This document shows positions 61,501-64,000 of a stretch of 64,000 nt of DNA, piece after piece. The notes beneath the pieces are model-generated. The model worked only from the letters and a program-made list of their open reading frames with translations, did not search any database and had not been told where the DNA came from. This DNA is from Leucoraja ocellata. Taxonomy: Eukaryota. The stretch covers positions 7,812,001-7,876,000 of the forward strand of contig JAWMAR010000026.1 of NCBI GenBank assembly GCA_036785375.1, given 5' to 3'. The stretch's first letter is position 1. Each line of letters begins with the position of its first letter. A program made the translations under genes and the position numbers.

Positions 61501-62968
61501 CGCGCGTTCATTGTGCTTTTATAATAATGTAAACGGAATCTTTATACCCGATTTGAAATCAGAGATGACGTTTACTCGTGCTGTCTAGTGAAGAAAAACA
61601 TGATGGTAAATGTATATCCCACTCTGCGTCCTGTAGAGACTGTATCCCCTATTCCCAACTCCTCCGTCTACGCCGCATCTGCGCGCAAGATGAGGTGTTC
61701 CATACCAGGACATCTGAGATGCCTTCATGCAATAGGAAACAGGGGTTTTCCCCCTTCCATCATAAACGATGCCCTCACTGGTGTCTCCTCGATAACCCGC
61801 AGCTCCGCGCTTGCCCCCACCCCCCCCATCCCCCCAGTCGCAACAGGGACATAGTCCCCCTAGTCCTCACCGTTCACCCCATCAGCCGTCGCATACAGCA
61901 CATGATTCTCCGGCATTTTCGCCACCTCCAACGGGATCCCACCACTAGCCAACACTTTAACTCCCCCTCCCATTCCCACACTGATCTTTTTGTCCTGGGC
62001 CTCTTCCATTGTCAAAGTGAGGTCCACCGCAAATTGGATGAACAATTGAATGACTCTAACGTCCAATATATAAACAAACACTTGTTCTAACGCAGGCGAA
62101 ATGGTACATCGTATGGGGTCACCCACTACCATAGTTGCATATGTCTTTTACGTATTCACGACGGGCACTACAATGCTACCTGTATTGTACTGATGTTATG
62201 CTGTGCTTTGGAAATAAACATCCAATACATAAGATACGTTTTGATTAATATCGCTAACACGTCTTGTTTATACATATCAGCATGCAGACCATCTATGGTA
62301 TGATTTACCAATTACAATATTTATAGTATTCATCTGGCTGAATGAATCATTAAAATCTGAAAAAACACGTTACTTGCAGGGCAATATCACAGTCGCGAAA
62401 TCGCATTCGTTACACGTTTAAACATACTTACCCCACACAACTAATGTCGATCCGGTTCCGTTGCCAACTAAAGTGCCCCGGCGGGTGATGGTACAATAAT
62501 ATACTCCGGCATCCTGTCGGCTCACATTGGCTATTTTCAGGAAGCCACTGAATTTAGTGCTGACGCCGGAAATCGTTCTCCCGTCAGGGTCTGGGATGAA
62601 AAAAGTATTTTCACCCTGTTTCCACCAATGTACGCTTACGCTGGGCCCTTCACGAAAGAAGGGAAGAGAGCAGTGAAACGAAGCATGTTGGCCCGTCGAG
62701 ACATTTACTGCTTGAGGAAATTGATTTACTTCGTCTGCAGTTTCCCCAGAGCCTAAAGGAAAGAAAAACAGGCCAGATTAGGAATATTTCACCCCAGAAG
62801 GTTAAACGCAAGAGCAGGGCTAAATGCAAATGGAAATAAAGACACGCATTAAAGAAACCTTGAATAGATGTAGGTTTTAGTCGGTATAAACGGTTTATGG
62901 GGATGCCATGTACCTGTGAAAATTATCCCCCAAAAAGAGAAACAGCGAAGTGCAATACTGGACAACAT
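58440..62968 (-). CDS. IgSF gene C: leader-VJ-C1-TM receptor, near-identical ectodomain to gene B, Arg in TM, short tail (activating-type candidate)
   Basis: L 62914-62968, V 62432-62752, C1 61105-61419 (9-nt in-frame extension at the donor), TM 58440-58538 (G)[32 protein letters not shown]. All open and GT-AG. The 3' end is uncertain: intron read-through gives [15 protein letters not shown], and splicing to 54194 gives DQAETNAC*. Confidence 0.85.
59395..59890 (-). mobile_element. Old CR1 3' fragment in the gene C C1-TM intron (absent from gene B)
   Basis: [28 protein letters not shown]...SGDLIEV. Confidence 0.75.
61105..61419 (-). CDS. Gene C C1-set exon
   Basis: 315 nt; [15 protein letters not shown] and YTCLVNH motifs. 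4 substitutions versus gene B plus a 9-nt extension. Confidence 0.92.
62432..62752 (-). CDS. Gene C VJ exon
   Basis: 321 nt, 4 nt different from the gene B V exon (I>V, D>T, L>W). Ends [23 protein letters not shown]. Confidence 0.93.
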
Positions 62969-63729
62969 TCTGCAGCAAGTGATCACAGGGCGTGTGGAGC
63001 AGTGAACGTATCTGAAGGTTGAATTGTCAGACGATGAAGCGCGTCACTCCTTCTGTGACTGCAGCGCGGCTCATGTCGATGTGGCGAGACTTAAGTTTAC
63101 TTGCATTGCTGTCAACAGCGGCACAATCTGCTGTGGACTTTCACTGAATGAAGAGATAGCAATACACCAAACAAATATAACACAAGCTATGATGACGACA
63201 TTTAAACGCTAATCCCCATTTTTGAAATTCCCCTGCTCTCCATACTGAATTTAGCTTGATTTTCCGCACAGGATGAAGAGAAAAGTCCCATTTTGCTCAG
63301 TTAGTCTCTGCAAAAACATCGGTACACTGTTGTGCAATGATAGCGGATGTTTGCATAATTTCAGCAGAAAAATCTGCGCAATCATTTCAGATAAGATTGG
63401 TGAGACCCATTGGTCTATAGTTTAGCAAAGAAATAGATAATACATACTTAAAGTTCATAACAGAGGGATGTATTCGCCATTCAATAGAGATTGCAGGTGA
63501 AACTGCGTCGGGTTTAACAGGAAACAACCATAAATTGCTTCACCGCTGCTTCTGAGGCATTCGTTCTTCTGTTGTCGGCGTTTCTGCTTTCGCCACCACC
63601 GAAAAGCTCTCAGTGTTACGTCGGTTTTGTGAAACGGTTTTGTATTATTCAGTGAGAAAATCCATAATCGACGAGGATGGCGGTGGGCGGGCACTGTGAA
63701 ACAGGTAGCAGGGGACCGGGGGTCAAATT

Positions 63730-64000
63730 AGATGGATGATGTGAGTAAAATCCAGGTTAGACGGGAAGTGGTGTTAGGTAAATTGAATGGATTAAAGACC
63801 TATAAATCACCAGGGCCAGATAGGCTGCATACCAGAGTACTTAAGGAGGTAGCCCCAGAAATAGTGGGTGCATTAGTGATAACTTTTCAAAATTCTTTAG
63901 ATTCTGGAGTAGTTCCTGAAGATTGGAGGGTAGCTAATGTAACCCCACTTTTTAAAAAGGGAGGGAGAGAGAAAACGGGGAATTACAGTCCAGTTAGTCT
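63730..64000 (+). mobile_element. CR1 LINE (runs off the window), paralog of the 43950 copy
   Basis: Near-identical to 43950-44220. Confidence 0.88.

Noticed and set aside
19973-62968. Rearranging Ig light chain or TCR locus (shark-type V-J-C clusters)
   Set aside because: V and J-like strands are one exon, with no heptamer/nonamer noticed at the junction. There is no FGxG, and TM and tyrosine-motif tail exons follow.
40050-64000. B/C near-identity as a pure haplotype assembly artefact
   Set aside because: The TM and tail regions are strongly diverged with private insertions (Tc1, CR1), and there is no gap between C1 and TM in either gene. Long reads are still needed for certainty.

Overview
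Vertebrate genomic DNA, most likely from a cartilaginous fish (skate or ray). This is inferred from the repeat landscape (CR1 LINEs, Rex1/Babar LINE, Penelope-like remnants, tRNA-derived SINEs, a Tc1 transposon) and was not searched. There are three N gaps (847-1010, 35519-35737, 54416-54587). 1-9 kb holds the last five coding exons and 3'UTR of a septin-7-like gene (+). From about 15 kb to the end, on the minus strand and largely missed by the ORF track, is a tandem cluster of three spliced, non-rearranging antigen-receptor-like IgSF genes with the layout leader / germline-joined VJ / C1-set / TM / cytoplasmic exons. Gene A spans about 15965-21562, gene B 31512-42966 and gene C about 58440-62968. 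B and C look like an inhibitory/activating paired-receptor couple. Their V and C1 exons differ by only 4 substitutions each, but their TM segments share 15/33 residues. B has a neutral TM and ITIM exons, present as a duplicated tail cassette in which one copy lacks the distal ITIM. C has an Arg in its TM, and two of its three tail exons are disabled (AG>TG acceptors, stop codons, a microsatellite after the ITIM tyrosine), leaving the third out of phase. Other signals are two short inverted templated insertions, hammerhead-ribozyme-like motifs in Penelope remnants, and divergent CTCF-like motifs near a jump in CpG density between the septin gene and the cluster. All gene models are hand-spliced from sequence only.
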